Shown: positions 38,017-48,727, counted from the first letter of the stretch. The stretch: DNA of 64,000 bases from Gammaproteobacteria bacterium (GCA_965222155.1 CBDCTH010000012.1:2080001-2144000), one strand, 5' to 3'. Notes: generated by a model not told the origin, from the letters alone. Numbers and translations are program-made.

Positions 38017-39059
38017 TTCTCAGCAGCATCTAATTCCGTGATCAGCGCTGATTTGGAATCTGCATCAAGCAGGGACGCCTCAAAGGAATTCCGGGCAAGT
38101 TGTACCAGTTCCGACCGGTCCAGGTTCAGGGCATAGGCAACCGCGAGGTAGTTTTCATTGACGTAGCCGCCAAAATAGGCAGGATCGTCAGAGTTGACAG
38201 TAACCAACAGCCCGAGATCCAGCATGCGCTTCAATGGGTGGGCGGTCATGTCGTCCACGACACAAAGCTTCACATTACTGAGTGGGCAGACCGTCAGCGG
38301 AATTCGCCTTCGCACCAGTTCTGCAACCAGGTCGGCATCTGTCAGCGCGTTGTTTCCGTGGTCGATGCGTACTACCTCGAGCGCGTTCAGCGCTTCCCGG
38401 ACATATTCGGCGGGACCTTCCTCACCGGCATGGGCCACGGCGATAAAACCCGCAGCCCGGGCGCGCCGGAATACTTCACGGAATTTGCCCGGCGGATTAC
38501 CGCGCTCGGATGAATCGAGCCCGACTCCGGCGATACGGTCCCGATAAACCATCGCTGTATCCAGGGTTTCCAGTGCAGCCGCTTCGTCCAGGTGGCGCAG
38601 AAAACACAGGATCAAACGGGAACTGATACCCAGTCTGGCCTCAGCATCGGCCAGGGCCCGGCTGATGCCGTCAATCACTGTGGCAAACGCAACCCCGCGC
38701 CCGGTGTGGGTCTGCGGGTCGAAAAAGATCTCGGCATGGCGCACGTTCTGGGCAAACGCCCGCTGCAGATAGGCCCAGGTCAGGTCGTAGAAGTCCTGCA
38801 TTTCAACAAGTGCGTTGGCGCCGGCATAATAAATATCGAGAAAGTCCTGCAGGTTGGAAAACCGGTAAGCCGCCTTCACTTCTTCAATCGAGGCATAGGG
38901 CAGTTCAATACCGTTGCGTCCGGCAATGGCAAACATCAACTCAGGCTCAAGCGTACCCTCGATATGCAGGTGCAGCTCCGCCTTCGGCAAGGCGGCGACA
39001 AACGCAGCCAGGTTGTCGTTTTCCCGGGCCGGGAAGCGGGAAGGTGAAACGTCACTCAT
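38004..39059 (-). CDS. add: Adenine/adenosine deaminase
   Basis: PKAELHLHIEG, FFDPQTH, AHAGEE, RIDHG, NSDDPAYFGG. Confidence 0.93.
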   Translation of the reverse strand: MSDVSPSRFPARENDNLAAFVAALPKAELHLHIEGTLEPELMFAIAGRNGIELPYASIEEVKAAYRFSNLQDFLDIYYAGANALVEMQDFYDLTWAYLQRAFAQNVRHAEIFFDPQTHTGRGVAFATVIDGISRALADAEARLGISSRLILCFLRHLDEAAALETLDTAMVYRDRIAGVGLDSSERGNPPGKFREVFRRARAAGFIAVAHAGEEGPAEYVREALNALEVVRIDHGNNALTDADLVAELVRRRIPLTVCPLSNVKLCVVDDMTAHPLKRMLDLGLLVTVNSDDPAYFGGYVNENYLAVAYALNLDRSELVQLARNSFEASLLDADSKSALITELDAAENRLG

Positions 39060-39188
39060 ATAAGCCGAACCAACTGTAATACGGTATCGGTCAGTATCAA
39101 ACAAACACCTGGTTTCAGTCAAACGATTTGACTGCACACCGGAGAAATGTGATATCTCTCTGGTTACTGCGTGATGTATACTAAATCC

Positions 39189-39836
39189 ATGACAATGCCC
39201 GCTGACAAACGCAAAGGCACTCTGTTTATCATTGCTGCCCCTTCCGGTGCCGGGAAGACTTCCCTGGTGCGAGCGCTGGTGGAAATGATTCCTGATTTAT
39301 ATGTTTCCATTTCGCACACGACCCGTCCGTCACGGCCCCATGAGAAAAACGCGGTCGATTATTACTTTGTCAGTGAAGATGAATTCCAGGACCTGGTTGG
39401 GCAAAACCGGTTCCTTGAGCATGCCGTTGTGTTTGACCACCGCTACGGTACCTCGTGTACCTGGGTGGAACAGCAACTGGCTGACGGCAAGGACATCATC
39501 CTGGAGATAGACTGGCAGGGCGCGCAACAGGTTCGGGCGAGGCTGAAAGACGCGGTCAATATCTTTATCCTGCCCCCTTCTCTTGCGGCCCTGGAAGAAC
39601 GCCTGAAGGGGCGGGGTGATAATGAAGGGAATATCCGCCGGCGCCTGCGGGATGCCGTCAGCGAAATAGAGCATTACAAGGAATACGACTACCTGGTTGT
39701 GAATGACAACTTTGCTGAAACTCTGAAACAGCTTGCGGCAATCCTTGTCTCTGTGAGGCATAACTACAGCCGGCAGCAGGATTATTTTGATAAATTACTT
39801 AAGGAAATATTGCAACAAGACGGAAACTTCCGGTAA
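39189..39836 (+). CDS. gmk: Guanylate kinase
   Basis: APSGAGKTS, SHTTR, EIDWQGA. Confidence 0.97.
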   Translation: MTMPADKRKGTLFIIAAPSGAGKTSLVRALVEMIPDLYVSISHTTRPSRPHEKNAVDYYFVSEDEFQDLVGQNRFLEHAVVFDHRYGTSCTWVEQQLADGKDIILEIDWQGAQQVRARLKDAVNIFILPPSLAALEERLKGRGDNEGNIRRRLRDAVSEIEHYKEYDYLVVNDNFAETLKQLAAILVSVRHNYSRQQDYFDKLLKEILQQDGNFR

Positions 39837-39917
39837 ACTGACACAACATCTGGGCGCCTGTATCAACCAACGGCACACACACTATCTGTAGGATAATTTC
39901 ATATTTCGGGAATTAAC

Positions 39918-40202
39918 ATGGCTAGACTGACTGTAGAAGACTGTTTGGAAAATATTGAAAACCGCTATGACCTGGTTTTATTGGCCAGCAAACGTACCCG
40001 GCAACTCCTTATGGGCTCCGATCCCCTGATCGAGGATCAGTCGGATAAGCCTACTGTGATGGCTTTGCGGGAAATCGCAGCGGGAGTCGTCACCTATGAG
40101 AATATTGAAGCTATCGGCAGATCACAGTTTGACTCTGATATAGAAGATATAGAATTCCAGACCATGGACACAGGCGAAATCGCCAACGAAGATTCATTCT
40201 GA
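39918..40202 (+). CDS. rpoZ: RNA polymerase omega subunit
   Basis: [26 protein letters not shown]. Confidence 0.97.
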   Translation: MARLTVEDCLENIENRYDLVLLASKRTRQLLMGSDPLIEDQSDKPTVMALREIAAGVVTYENIEAIGRSQFDSDIEDIEFQTMDTGEIANEDSF

Positions 40203-40388
40203 AACGGATTTTCAGTTAACCTGAAGCCAACCCCGGAAAGCCGCTTTGCCGGCAGATGACAGGGCATCAGGACTCTCTATTCCATTCGGATTTCCACTTG
40301 CTCCGTGAGTTGATGTCAAGCTGCCGCTGGCGCCGGGCCTGGCAGGGTTTTGCCCCTTTTTCCGGAAATGCAGGTTATACTTCCCGTT

Positions 40389-42500
40389 ATGACGACCATT
40401 TCTGAACTTGAAAAAAGAATAGGCGGTTACCTCACCTCCGAGGAGGTTGAAAAAGTACGCCGCGCCTATGAGTTCAGCGCTTCAGCTCATGAGGGCCAGC
40501 ACCGCAAGAGCGGCGAGCCTTATATCAGCCATCCCCTGGAAGTAGCCGGCATCCTTGGCGACATGCACATGGACCACCAAACCCTGGCTGCAGCTATTTT
40601 ACACGACGTTATCGAAGATACCAAAACCGATAAAAAAGAAATCGTGCGCCGCTTCGGCAAGGGTATTGCAGAGCTGGTAGACGGCGTCAGTAAACTGGCG
40701 CAGGTTGAATTCGATTCCCATGCGGAAGCCCAGGCCCATAACTTTCGCAAAATGCTGATGGCCATGAGCAATGACATCCGCGTGATCATCGTGAAACTGG
40801 CTGATCGGCTGCATAACATGCGCACCCTGGGCGCCCTCGAGCCGGCCAAGCGCCGGCGCATAGCCAGGGAAACCCTTGAAATCTATGCGCCTATAGCCCA
40901 GCGTCTGGGTATAAACAGTATTCGCCTGGAACTTGAGGATTTGGGCTTTGCAACACTCTATCCAATGCGCCACCGCATCCTGAACGAACAGATCATCAAG
41001 GCCAGGGGACATCGCAAGGAAATCATTGCCAAGATAAAAAACTCAATCAAACGCCGGTTACGCCAGGAAAAAATTCCGGCCAAAGTAATCGGCAGGGAAA
41101 AACACCTTTACGGCATATATCAAAAAATGCTGGAGAAAGATCTTTCCTTCAGCGAGGTATATGATGTTTACGCCTTTCGTATCGTTGTCGATGAAGTAGA
41201 TACCTGTTACCGCGTGGTTGGCACCGTACACAACCTGTACCGCCCTGTTCCGGGAAAATTCAAGGATTACGTGGCCATTCCCAAGTCAAACGGCTACCAG
41301 TCACTGCACACCGTCCTGTTCGGCCCTTACGGCGTGCCCCTGGAAGTGCAAATCAGGACCGCGGACATGAATGACGTCGCCGAAGTCGGTATTGCAGCCC
41401 ATTGGTTGTACAAATCGGGTCCGTCCATTGACCGAACCGGCGCCCATAAACGCGCTCGGGAATGGTTGCAACACATCATGGAAATGCAAACCGCGGCGGG
41501 CAATCCGCAGGACTTCCTGGAACACGTTAAAATCGATTTGTTCCCTGAATCCGTTTATGCATTCACGCCCAAAGGAGATATCTTTGAACTGCAAAAAAGC
41601 GCCACAGCTGTAGACTTTGCTTACGCGATCCACACTGACGTGGGCAACAGTTGCGTGGGGGTCAGGATTGACCGACGCCTGGCGCCGTTGAGCACCCTTC
41701 TTGCCACGGGACAGACTATTGAAGTCATTACCGCGCCGGGCGCAAAACCCGACCCTGCCTGGCTGAATTTTGCCGTTACGGCAAAGGCCAGGGCAAATAT
41801 CAGGCACTTTCTCAAAAATCTCCGCACGAGTGAAGCGCGGGCGCTGGGTAAACGCCTGCTCGTCAGGGAGCTCAAGATGTACTCGACCGGTTATGATGAA
41901 ATCAAATCTCCCCAATGGAACAAGCTGGTGAAAGAGTTCAACCTGGATAACCAGAACGAATTACTCCAGGAAGTAGGGTTGGGTAACAGGATTGCCGCCA
42001 TAGTTGCCAGGCAACTGATTGAGAAACCGGTACGGACAAAAAAGAAAACCAGTAGAAACAGCGCGCCATTGACCATAAGAGGCACCGAGGGCATGGTAGT
42101 CAACTTCCCCAAGTGCTGCCGACCTATACCAGGTGATTCTATTCTCGGGTTTGTAACGACCGGCCGCGGTATTGTCGTGCATCACCAGACCTGCCCGAAC
42201 GTGACGGAATTCAGGAATCACCCGGACAAATGGCTTGATGTCGCCTGGGAAGAGCAGATTGTCAACAGCTTTCCGACAAATATCAGGGTGGACGTAACCA
42301 ACCAGCGCGGTGTATTAGCCAAGATCGCAACCGAAATAGCCGCAAGTAACGCCAATATCATCAGTGTGGAAATGAACGACAAGGATGATCGCTATACAAC
42401 CTTAAAGTTCGTTGTGGAAGTCTCTAACCGACTGCATTTAGCCAACATTATCAGACGGATCAGGAACATTCCCCACGTATCCAGGATCAGCAGAAGATAA
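40389..42500 (+). CDS. spoT: Bifunctional (p)ppGpp synthetase/hydrolase
   Basis: HD domain (LHDVIED), KLADRLHN, NGYQSLHT, TGS and ACT domains; gmk-rpoZ-spoT synteny. Confidence 0.96.
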   Translation: MTTISELEKRIGGYLTSEEVEKVRRAYEFSASAHEGQHRKSGEPYISHPLEVAGILGDMHMDHQTLAAAILHDVIEDTKTDKKEIVRRFGKGIAELVDGVSKLAQVEFDSHAEAQAHNFRKMLMAMSNDIRVIIVKLADRLHNMRTLGALEPAKRRRIARETLEIYAPIAQRLGINSIRLELEDLGFATLYPMRHRILNEQIIKARGHRKEIIAKIKNSIKRRLRQEKIPAKVIGREKHLYGIYQKMLEKDLSFSEVYDVYAFRIVVDEVDTCYRVVGTVHNLYRPVPGKFKDYVAIPKSNGYQSLHTVLFGPYGVPLEVQIRTADMNDVAEVGIAAHWLYKSGPSIDRTGAHKRAREWLQHIMEMQTAAGNPQDFLEHVKIDLFPESVYAFTPKGDIFELQKSATAVDFAYAIHTDVGNSCVGVRIDRRLAPLSTLLATGQTIEVITAPGAKPDPAWLNFAVTAKARANIRHFLKNLRTSEARALGKRLLVRELKMYSTGYDEIKSPQWNKLVKEFNLDNQNELLQEVGLGNRIAAIVARQLIEKPVRTKKKTSRNSAPLTIRGTEGMVVNFPKCCRPIPGDSILGFVTTGRGIVVHHQTCPNVTEFRNHPDKWLDVAWEEQIVNSFPTNIRVDVTNQRGVLAKIATEIAASNANIISVEMNDKDDRYTTLKFVVEVSNRLHLANIIRRIRNIPHVSRISRR

Positions 42501-42557
42501 GCATTCCGGCTCGTGGGATCCGAACAACTCCCAACTTTAGCCCGCATATCTCATCAA

Positions 42558-42681
42558 TGGATGCGATGATCGCACCGGATTTTTGCGGCTGGCAGGCACC
42601 TGCGACCGAAAGCATAGTAGTGGCTATGGTTGAGGAAGCACGTGCCTGCCAGCCGCAAAAAGACAAGCGAGGGCGCATCCA
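42558..42681. repeat. Long hairpin element family F between spoT and recG
   Basis: Perfect 20-bp IR TTTTTGCGGCTGGCAGGCAC (42580) / GTGCCTGCCAGCCGCAAAAA (42642) plus outer TGGATGCG/CGCATCCA. Confidence 0.8.
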
Positions 42682-42737
42682 GCGCAGTATGTAATAGCAA
42701 CCAAATGATGTGCTCCTGAGAAATTATTGACAGCAAA

Positions 42738-44855
42738 ATGCCCTCCGTTGACGACAAGCGAATTGGTGAGATATGCGGGCTTACCGCTCCCGTTAATACC
42801 TTGAAAGGGGTAGGCCCACGGATCGGCGAACGCTTGCAACACCTGGGCATCCGTCAAATCCAGGACTTGTTGTTTCACCTGCCCCATCGATATATCGACC
42901 GTACCCGGCTTATCCCCATCGGCAGCCTGAGGCCGGGCGACAGCGCCCTGTTCCAGGGTACGGTTGAACTGGTCCAGGTACTGACCGGTCGGCGCCGCAG
43001 TCTGCTCTGCCGTATCAGTGACGGGACGGGCGCCATAACCCTGAGGTTCTTTCATTTCTCCTGGGCACAGCAGACCAACCTGAAACAAGGTATGACCTTG
43101 CGTTGCTGGGGCCAGATAAGAAATATCAATCATTCCCTGGAGATAGTCCATCCCGAATACCAGCGGATTGATGCGGATGAAGATGCCGACCTGGAGCAAA
43201 CCCTGACGCCGGTATATCCACTGACCCAGGGAATTTCCCAGTTCAAGCTGCGTAACCTGACCGGGCAGGCCCTGGATGCCCTGTCCAGGGACAAGACCGG
43301 CTTGACGGAGTTGCTGCCGGACGGGATATTGAAACACAAGCCGCTGTTCAACCTCGGACAGGCGGTGAGGTATGTCCACAGGCCGCCGCAGGATGCCGAC
43401 TTAAGTCGCCTGATGGACGGTAATCATCCGGCCCAGCAACGCCTGGCATTCGAAGAGTTACTGGCGCACCACTTGAGTCTGCGCCTGATCAGGAAAACGC
43501 TGCAGGCGCGGGCGGCATTTGCCATCGACAAAGGCTCAGGTGGCAAGGTCAAGGCATTCCTGGATAATCTCCCATTCGAACTGACCCATGCCCAGAAGCG
43601 GGTCCTGGGCGAAATCCGGAAAGACTTATTGCAGCCTCAGCCGATGCTCCGTCTTGTCCAGGGAGACGTCGGCTCGGGTAAAACCGTAGTAGCCGCTATT
43701 GCCGCCCTGCAGGTAATCCACTCCGGTTATCAGGTTGCCCTGATGGCCCCCACGGAAATTCTTGCGGATCAGCATTATTTCAATATCAAACAATGGTTTT
43801 CATCTATTGGCATCCCGGTACTGCTGTTGACCGGGAAACAATCACGCAGCGAAAAAGAGGACGTGTTGACGCTGCTGAACTCGGCGCAACCGACGGTTGT
43901 TGTCGGCACCCACGCGCTGTTCCAGGACCAGGTTGCTTTCGCTAACGTGGGCTTGATTATTATTGACGAACAACACCGCTTCGGTGTTGACCAGCGGCTT
44001 GCCCTGCTGGAAAAAGGCATGGAAAAAACCCGGCAGCCGCACCAGTTGATCATGACTGCAACACCTATTCCCAGGACCCTGGCCATGACGCTGTTTGCAG
44101 ACCTGGATATTTCCGTCATCGACCAGCTTCCTCCCGGGCGACAGCCGATCAAGACAACGGTGATCTCGAATGAAAAAAGGGAAGAAGTCATCGAACGTAT
44201 CCATGAAATCTGCAAACAGGGACGCCAGGCTTACTGGGTATGCACCCTGATTGAAAATTCGGATACACTGCAATTGCAAGCGGCGGAAGACATCCAGCAA
44301 CAGCTGGCCGGGCAATTGGGTGGGTTAAATATCGGTCTTATCCACGGCAGGATGAAGAACTCGGAGAAGGAGTCGGTGATGGATGATTTCAAAGCCGGGC
44401 GGATAGACCTGCTGGTTGCGACGACCGTCATTGAGGTGGGCGTTGACGTCACTAACGCCAGCCTGATGATCATTGAGAATGCCGAGCGGCTGGGACTATC
44501 CCAACTGCACCAGTTGCGCGGCAGGGTTGGCCGGGGATCCCAGGCAAGTGATTGTGTCCTGCTCTACCAGACACCCTTATCGGAGAACGCCCGGGTGAGA
44601 TTGAACAGGATGCGGGAAACCAGTGACGGTTTCGCCATCGCGAAGAGTGACCTGGAGCTGCGCGGACCCGGGGAAATACTGGGGAAAAAACAGACTGGCG
44701 TACCGGAACTGCACATCGCTGATTTCGTGCGCGATGCACACCTGATACCGCGGGTACAACAAACTGCCGATTTTATCCTGGCACAATGCCCCCGGCAGGT
44801 GAATAAACTGATATCGAGATGGCTGAGTACAAAAATCGAATTCGGCAAAGTTTGA
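42738..44855 (+). CDS. recG: ATP-dependent DNA helicase RecG
   Basis: QGDVGSGKT, DEQHRFG, MTATPIPRTL, HQLRGRVGRG. Confidence 0.97.
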   Translation: MPSVDDKRIGEICGLTAPVNTLKGVGPRIGERLQHLGIRQIQDLLFHLPHRYIDRTRLIPIGSLRPGDSALFQGTVELVQVLTGRRRSLLCRISDGTGAITLRFFHFSWAQQTNLKQGMTLRCWGQIRNINHSLEIVHPEYQRIDADEDADLEQTLTPVYPLTQGISQFKLRNLTGQALDALSRDKTGLTELLPDGILKHKPLFNLGQAVRYVHRPPQDADLSRLMDGNHPAQQRLAFEELLAHHLSLRLIRKTLQARAAFAIDKGSGGKVKAFLDNLPFELTHAQKRVLGEIRKDLLQPQPMLRLVQGDVGSGKTVVAAIAALQVIHSGYQVALMAPTEILADQHYFNIKQWFSSIGIPVLLLTGKQSRSEKEDVLTLLNSAQPTVVVGTHALFQDQVAFANVGLIIIDEQHRFGVDQRLALLEKGMEKTRQPHQLIMTATPIPRTLAMTLFADLDISVIDQLPPGRQPIKTTVISNEKREEVIERIHEICKQGRQAYWVCTLIENSDTLQLQAAEDIQQQLAGQLGGLNIGLIHGRMKNSEKESVMDDFKAGRIDLLVATTVIEVGVDVTNASLMIIENAERLGLSQLHQLRGRVGRGSQASDCVLLYQTPLSENARVRLNRMRETSDGFAIAKSDLELRGPGEILGKKQTGVPELHIADFVRDAHLIPRVQQTADFILAQCPRQVNKLISRWLSTKIEFGKV

Positions 44856-45721
44856 CGGAGTGGTGGAACACAGTAAAGGTAAAGTCTGCGCTTCACGCTG
44901 ACCTGATCCGGCTGGATAAACCCATCGGCTGGCTGTTGCTGTTATGGCCTACCCTGTGGGCCTTATGGCTTGCCAATGAAGGCATACCATCCCTGCATTT
45001 GCTGGTGGTGTTCGTTATTGGGGTATTTCTCACCCGCTCAGCCGGGGCCGTCGTGAATGACCTGGTGGACAGGGATTTTGACTCATTTGTCGAGCGCACA
45101 AAAAATCGTCCCATTGCTACCGGGAAGGTTTCGGTAACAGAGGCCTGTGGGGTCATTGCCGCTTTGACGTTCTGCGCTTTCCTGCTGGTATTGACGACCA
45201 ATCGTCTGACCGTGCAATTATCAATCTTTGCCGTCTGCATCACCCTGCTCTATCCCTTCATGAAACGCTATACCTATCTGCCGCAGGTTTTTCTCGGATT
45301 TGCCTTCAGTTGGGGCATCCCCATGGCGTTTGCCGCCTCTACCAATGCCGTGCCGGCCGGCGCCTGGTTGATCTTTGCCGCGAACATGCTGTGGGTATTA
45401 ATCTACGACACGATATACGCTATGGTAGACCGGGAAGATGACTTGCGGATTGGGCTTAAATCCACTGCTATCCTGCTGGACGACGCCGATCGCCTCATTA
45501 TCGGCCTCATCCAGGTCATGTTTATCGCGGCCCTGTACAGTGTCGGTCGTCAGGCGGGACTGGATACGGCTTATTATGTCGCCCTCGTGTTCGCCGGGGC
45601 CCTCCTGGGATACCAGCAATATCTGATTTACGACCGGACTCCGGCGAACTGTTTCAAGGCATTTCTCAATAACAACTGGGTGGGCCTGATTATTTTCTCA
45701 GGTATCGCATTGAGCTTATAA
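44819..45721 (+). CDS. ubiA: 4-hydroxybenzoate polyprenyltransferase
   Basis: RLDKPIG, ND..DRDFD..VERT..RP, YDTIYAMVDREDD. Confidence 0.95.
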   Translation: MAEYKNRIRQSLTEWWNTVKVKSALHADLIRLDKPIGWLLLLWPTLWALWLANEGIPSLHLLVVFVIGVFLTRSAGAVVNDLVDRDFDSFVERTKNRPIATGKVSVTEACGVIAALTFCAFLLVLTTNRLTVQLSIFAVCITLLYPFMKRYTYLPQVFLGFAFSWGIPMAFAASTNAVPAGAWLIFAANMLWVLIYDTIYAMVDREDDLRIGLKSTAILLDDADRLIIGLIQVMFIAALYSVGRQAGLDTAYYVALVFAGALLGYQQYLIYDRTPANCFKAFLNNNWVGLIIFSGIALSL

Positions 45722-45946
45722 TCAACGGCGCGCCGGCACCAGGACCTGTCGGGGCTGGTAGCGCTCGGATACACTCTTTAATTCCGGCAGGCTGGTCAAT
45801 TTATCAACTTTTATCAGCGTCGTTGTCCCGGCAGGAATTTTAATCGCCGGCCGGCTGTTGGCAACGAGAGCTTTCGTCTCGCGATCAAGCTCCCAGCCCA
45901 GGTATATAACGTTGCCGACAAGCAGTAACAGAGTCAACCATCTCAT
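45722..45946 (-). CDS. Short membrane-anchored hypothetical protein (possibly a truncated SPOR-type gene)
   Basis: MRWLTLLLLVGNVIYLGW N-terminus, located after coaX. Confidence 0.45.
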   Translation of the reverse strand: MRWLTLLLLVGNVIYLGWELDRETKALVANSRPAIKIPAGTTTLIKVDKLTSLPELKSVSERYQPRQVLVPARR

Positions 45947-46088
45947 ATTCGTCATTATATCGTTTGCGCGCGCCCCATTGCCACATCCTTTACGAGCTGG
46001 ATAAAAAACTTGCATGGCAACATGCTTGCAGGTGCGCGCCTTGTCAGGACCCCTGCGCGATAATGGTACCGGCCAAGCTTATGTATTT

Positions 46089-46826
46089 TCAATGTGAAAT
46101 CAGATTAAGACCCTCCAGGACAAGATGAGGTTCATGGTAATATTGGCCGGGCAGCAGGGGCAGTGCCTGTTCCGCTCCTCCCCCGGTGACGATGAATAAC
46201 AGTTCGGCGCCCTGTTCTTCCCTGATTTTCCTGGCGCAGCGCTCTACCAGACCCGCGAGCGCAAACGCAAATCCATTGCGGATACAGGCCGCAGTTGAAC
46301 GACCGAATTCCAGTTGCGCAGCCGTTTCATGATGCACTTGAATTCCATGGGTTTCCCGTACCAGGGCGGCGCTCATCAGTGGCATACCGGGAAGAATAAA
46401 ACCTCCGGCATGCCGGCCGTCTGCCAGGATGACATCAACCGTAAGCGCGGTGCCGCAGTCAATCACGCATACGGGCTTGTTATACCTGTTCCAGGCTGCC
46501 AGCATCGCCAGCCAGCGGTCCACACCCATAGCCGTTACATCGTCATAGGCGTTTGTCAAGCCTGCCCGTTCCTTTTCGGCAACAGCCTGTTGTGGTTCCA
46601 GAGACCAGTACGCCCGGATATACTCCCGGACTTTAGCGGTCGTTTCGGCGTCAACCACACTGGCGATATATACGTGTTTCGGCTGTACCAACGTACTCCA
46701 TTTTCGCACCAGCTGGTCAGGAAGCGTGTCCTGTGTGTAACTGAAACCATCATGGTCGAAAAGGGATTTATTATCCGCACAGGCCCATTTGACCCGGGTA
46801 TTACCAATATCGACGAGTAAATTCAA
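46089..46826 (-). CDS. coaX: Type III pantothenate kinase
   Basis: LVDIGNTRVK, GVDRW, DCGTA, GGFILPG, TGGG. Confidence 0.95.
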   Translation of the reverse strand: MNLLVDIGNTRVKWACADNKSLFDHDGFSYTQDTLPDQLVRKWSTLVQPKHVYIASVVDAETTAKVREYIRAYWSLEPQQAVAEKERAGLTNAYDDVTAMGVDRWLAMLAAWNRYNKPVCVIDCGTALTVDVILADGRHAGGFILPGMPLMSAALVRETHGIQVHHETAAQLEFGRSTAACIRNGFAFALAGLVERCARKIREEQGAELLFIVTGGGAEQALPLLPGQYYHEPHLVLEGLNLISH

Positions 46827-47791
46827 TCTACTGCCCTTACACGAAGTTCACCGCTGCTGAATTTACTGGTTCCTTTTGAGGTCTGCAACAACAACTGGCC
46901 GTTATCATCCACGCCCCTGACCCGGCCGTGCAATACCTGACCTGGTATGAGCAATTCCACCCGCCTGCCTGAAAGATAGTCCAGGCTACGCCATTCTGCC
47001 ACGTATTCTCCCATACTGCCGGCAGCTACACGATTTAGCATCAAATACTGCTCAGCAATGATCTTAGCCGCCAGTCTGTTCCTTGAAGGCAGGATTTGAT
47101 GATGACACGCCAGATCGGTAACCGGTTGGTCAAGATTGCATTTTAATTCATCCGTCAGACTGATATTGATGCCGATACCGATTACCACGTCACAGGAGGC
47201 CGCGGTTTCACTCCGTGCTTCCAGCAGGATACCGCCCAATTTTTTATCGGCACAAATAAGGTCGTTGGGCCACTTAAGAAAAACCCCTTCTATATCCAGC
47301 CCGTTCAATGCCCGCACTACTGCTACTCCTGAAGCCAGGGACAGGGCATTCAGTGACGCCGGCGCCATGGCAAAATGCCAGCCCAGTGACAGGTACAGAC
47401 CCCGCGCAAACGGGGATACCCAGGTTCTTCCGCGGCGTCCCTTACCACCGTGCTGGCTTTCTGCAAGGACTATGCGATGATGCAGATCAGGTTGACCGAA
47501 GCGTTCAGTAAGACACTTGTTGGTTGATTCAGCTTCAAACAGGACGTCAATCCGACAGCCGCATGCTGACTGTCCCAGTTCGCTGACTATTTCAGCCTCG
47601 TCCAGCAGGTCAATCTCATCCTGCAGGCGGTAGCCCTTGCCATGCCGCGCATCTATAACCAACCCGAAATTCCGGAGTTGTTTGATCTCCTTCCAGACAA
47701 CCGTACGACTCACGCCCAACTGAGCTGACAACCTGCTGCCGGAATGATACTCGTTATCCAAAAGACAGCTTAATAACTTTTTTTTATTCAC
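46823..47791 (-). CDS. birA: Bifunctional biotin operon repressor/biotin-[ACC] ligase
   Basis: N-terminal HTH, STN, GKGRRGRTW, LKWPND, KKLGGIL; GTG start at 47791. Confidence 0.95.
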   Translation of the reverse strand: MNKKKLLSCLLDNEYHSGSRLSAQLGVSRTVVWKEIKQLRNFGLVIDARHGKGYRLQDEIDLLDEAEIVSELGQSACGCRIDVLFEAESTNKCLTERFGQPDLHHRIVLAESQHGGKGRRGRTWVSPFARGLYLSLGWHFAMAPASLNALSLASGVAVVRALNGLDIEGVFLKWPNDLICADKKLGGILLEARSETAASCDVVIGIGINISLTDELKCNLDQPVTDLACHHQILPSRNRLAAKIIAEQYLMLNRVAAGSMGEYVAEWRSLDYLSGRRVELLIPGQVLHGRVRGVDDNGQLLLQTSKGTSKFSSGELRVRAVD

Positions 47792-48614
47792 CGGCTTCAA
47801 CAGGCCGACCCGGGTCTGAGCACCATTCACTCCATGAACCGGCATATAATCCGGGCAGCGGGTATCCGGCGTGGACCGCCGCCAACAGGTTATGACAGGC
47901 TGAAACACCGGAGCCGCAGTAAAACACGACATCTTCCGCTCGGGTACCCGTATACACCTTGCGGAAAGCCTGCCTCAGACGGTCCGGAGTTAAAAATCTT
48001 CCTTTATCATCCAGGTTGTTTTTCCAGAAATGATTTACCGCTCCGGGAATGTGTCCGGCTACCGAATCTATAGGTTCTGTTTTGCCTGAATACCTGTCGG
48101 GTTCACGTGAATCAATCAGCCGGGATACAGTTGCTACTTCGTTCACCCTGACCAGGGCCGCGCTATTGAGCGCTGCCTTGAAATTTCCTGCAACGGCTTG
48201 TTTCTCATTGTTCTCCAGATTATAACCGGCTTGTTTCCAGGCGTTCAGGCCTCCATCCAGAACCGCTACCCGGCCATGGCCGGCATAGTTCAACAGCCAC
48301 CACAGGCGCGCGGCGAATGTTCCGCCGGAATTGTCATAGGCCACCACCTGTTTGTGATTGGCAATCCCCATTGCAGAAAATTTTTTTTCCAATGCCTCCC
48401 GGGAAGGTACGGGATGTCTTCCGCAATCGGTAACGGGCTCACTGCTGAGGTCTCTGTGCAGGCTGGCATAAACGGCCCCGGGTATATGTCCTGCCAGGTA
48501 GGATTGGTAACCTGCATCTTTATCCATCAGGTCATACTGGCAGTCCACAAATGTCCAGTCAGGCTCGGCGAGATGCTCGTAAACGGTTTGCGCTTCAATT
48601 AACGTATTGTACAT
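47784..48614 (-). CDS. Rhodanese-type thiosulfate/3-mercaptopyruvate sulfurtransferase
   Basis: GHIPGA twice, GRHP, YCGSGVSAC, YAGSWSEW. Confidence 0.93.
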   Translation of the reverse strand: MYNTLIEAQTVYEHLAEPDWTFVDCQYDLMDKDAGYQSYLAGHIPGAVYASLHRDLSSEPVTDCGRHPVPSREALEKKFSAMGIANHKQVVAYDNSGGTFAARLWWLLNYAGHGRVAVLDGGLNAWKQAGYNLENNEKQAVAGNFKAALNSAALVRVNEVATVSRLIDSREPDRYSGKTEPIDSVAGHIPGAVNHFWKNNLDDKGRFLTPDRLRQAFRKVYTGTRAEDVVFYCGSGVSACHNLLAAVHAGYPLPGLYAGSWSEWCSDPGRPVEAGE

Positions 48615-48727
48615 GTTTGAATGTTACTTATAATGAATTCAATAATAACCTTAGCAGCTCCCGCGAACCAGGTTTTGGGGCTGTTTTTCCGATGCAAAGT
48701 AAAATGTATCACAATATTACGGATATT

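Noticed and set aside
42624-43379. Long antisense ORFs (also 25709..26368, 32444..33205, 41301..41915, 59251..59967, 62994..63617)
   Set aside because: Shadows of well-supported genes on the opposite strand with no recognisable motifs
46015-46030. TGGCAA-N5-TTGCA sigma54-like motif
   Set aside because: It points antisense into coaX with no downstream plus-strand gene; likely chance
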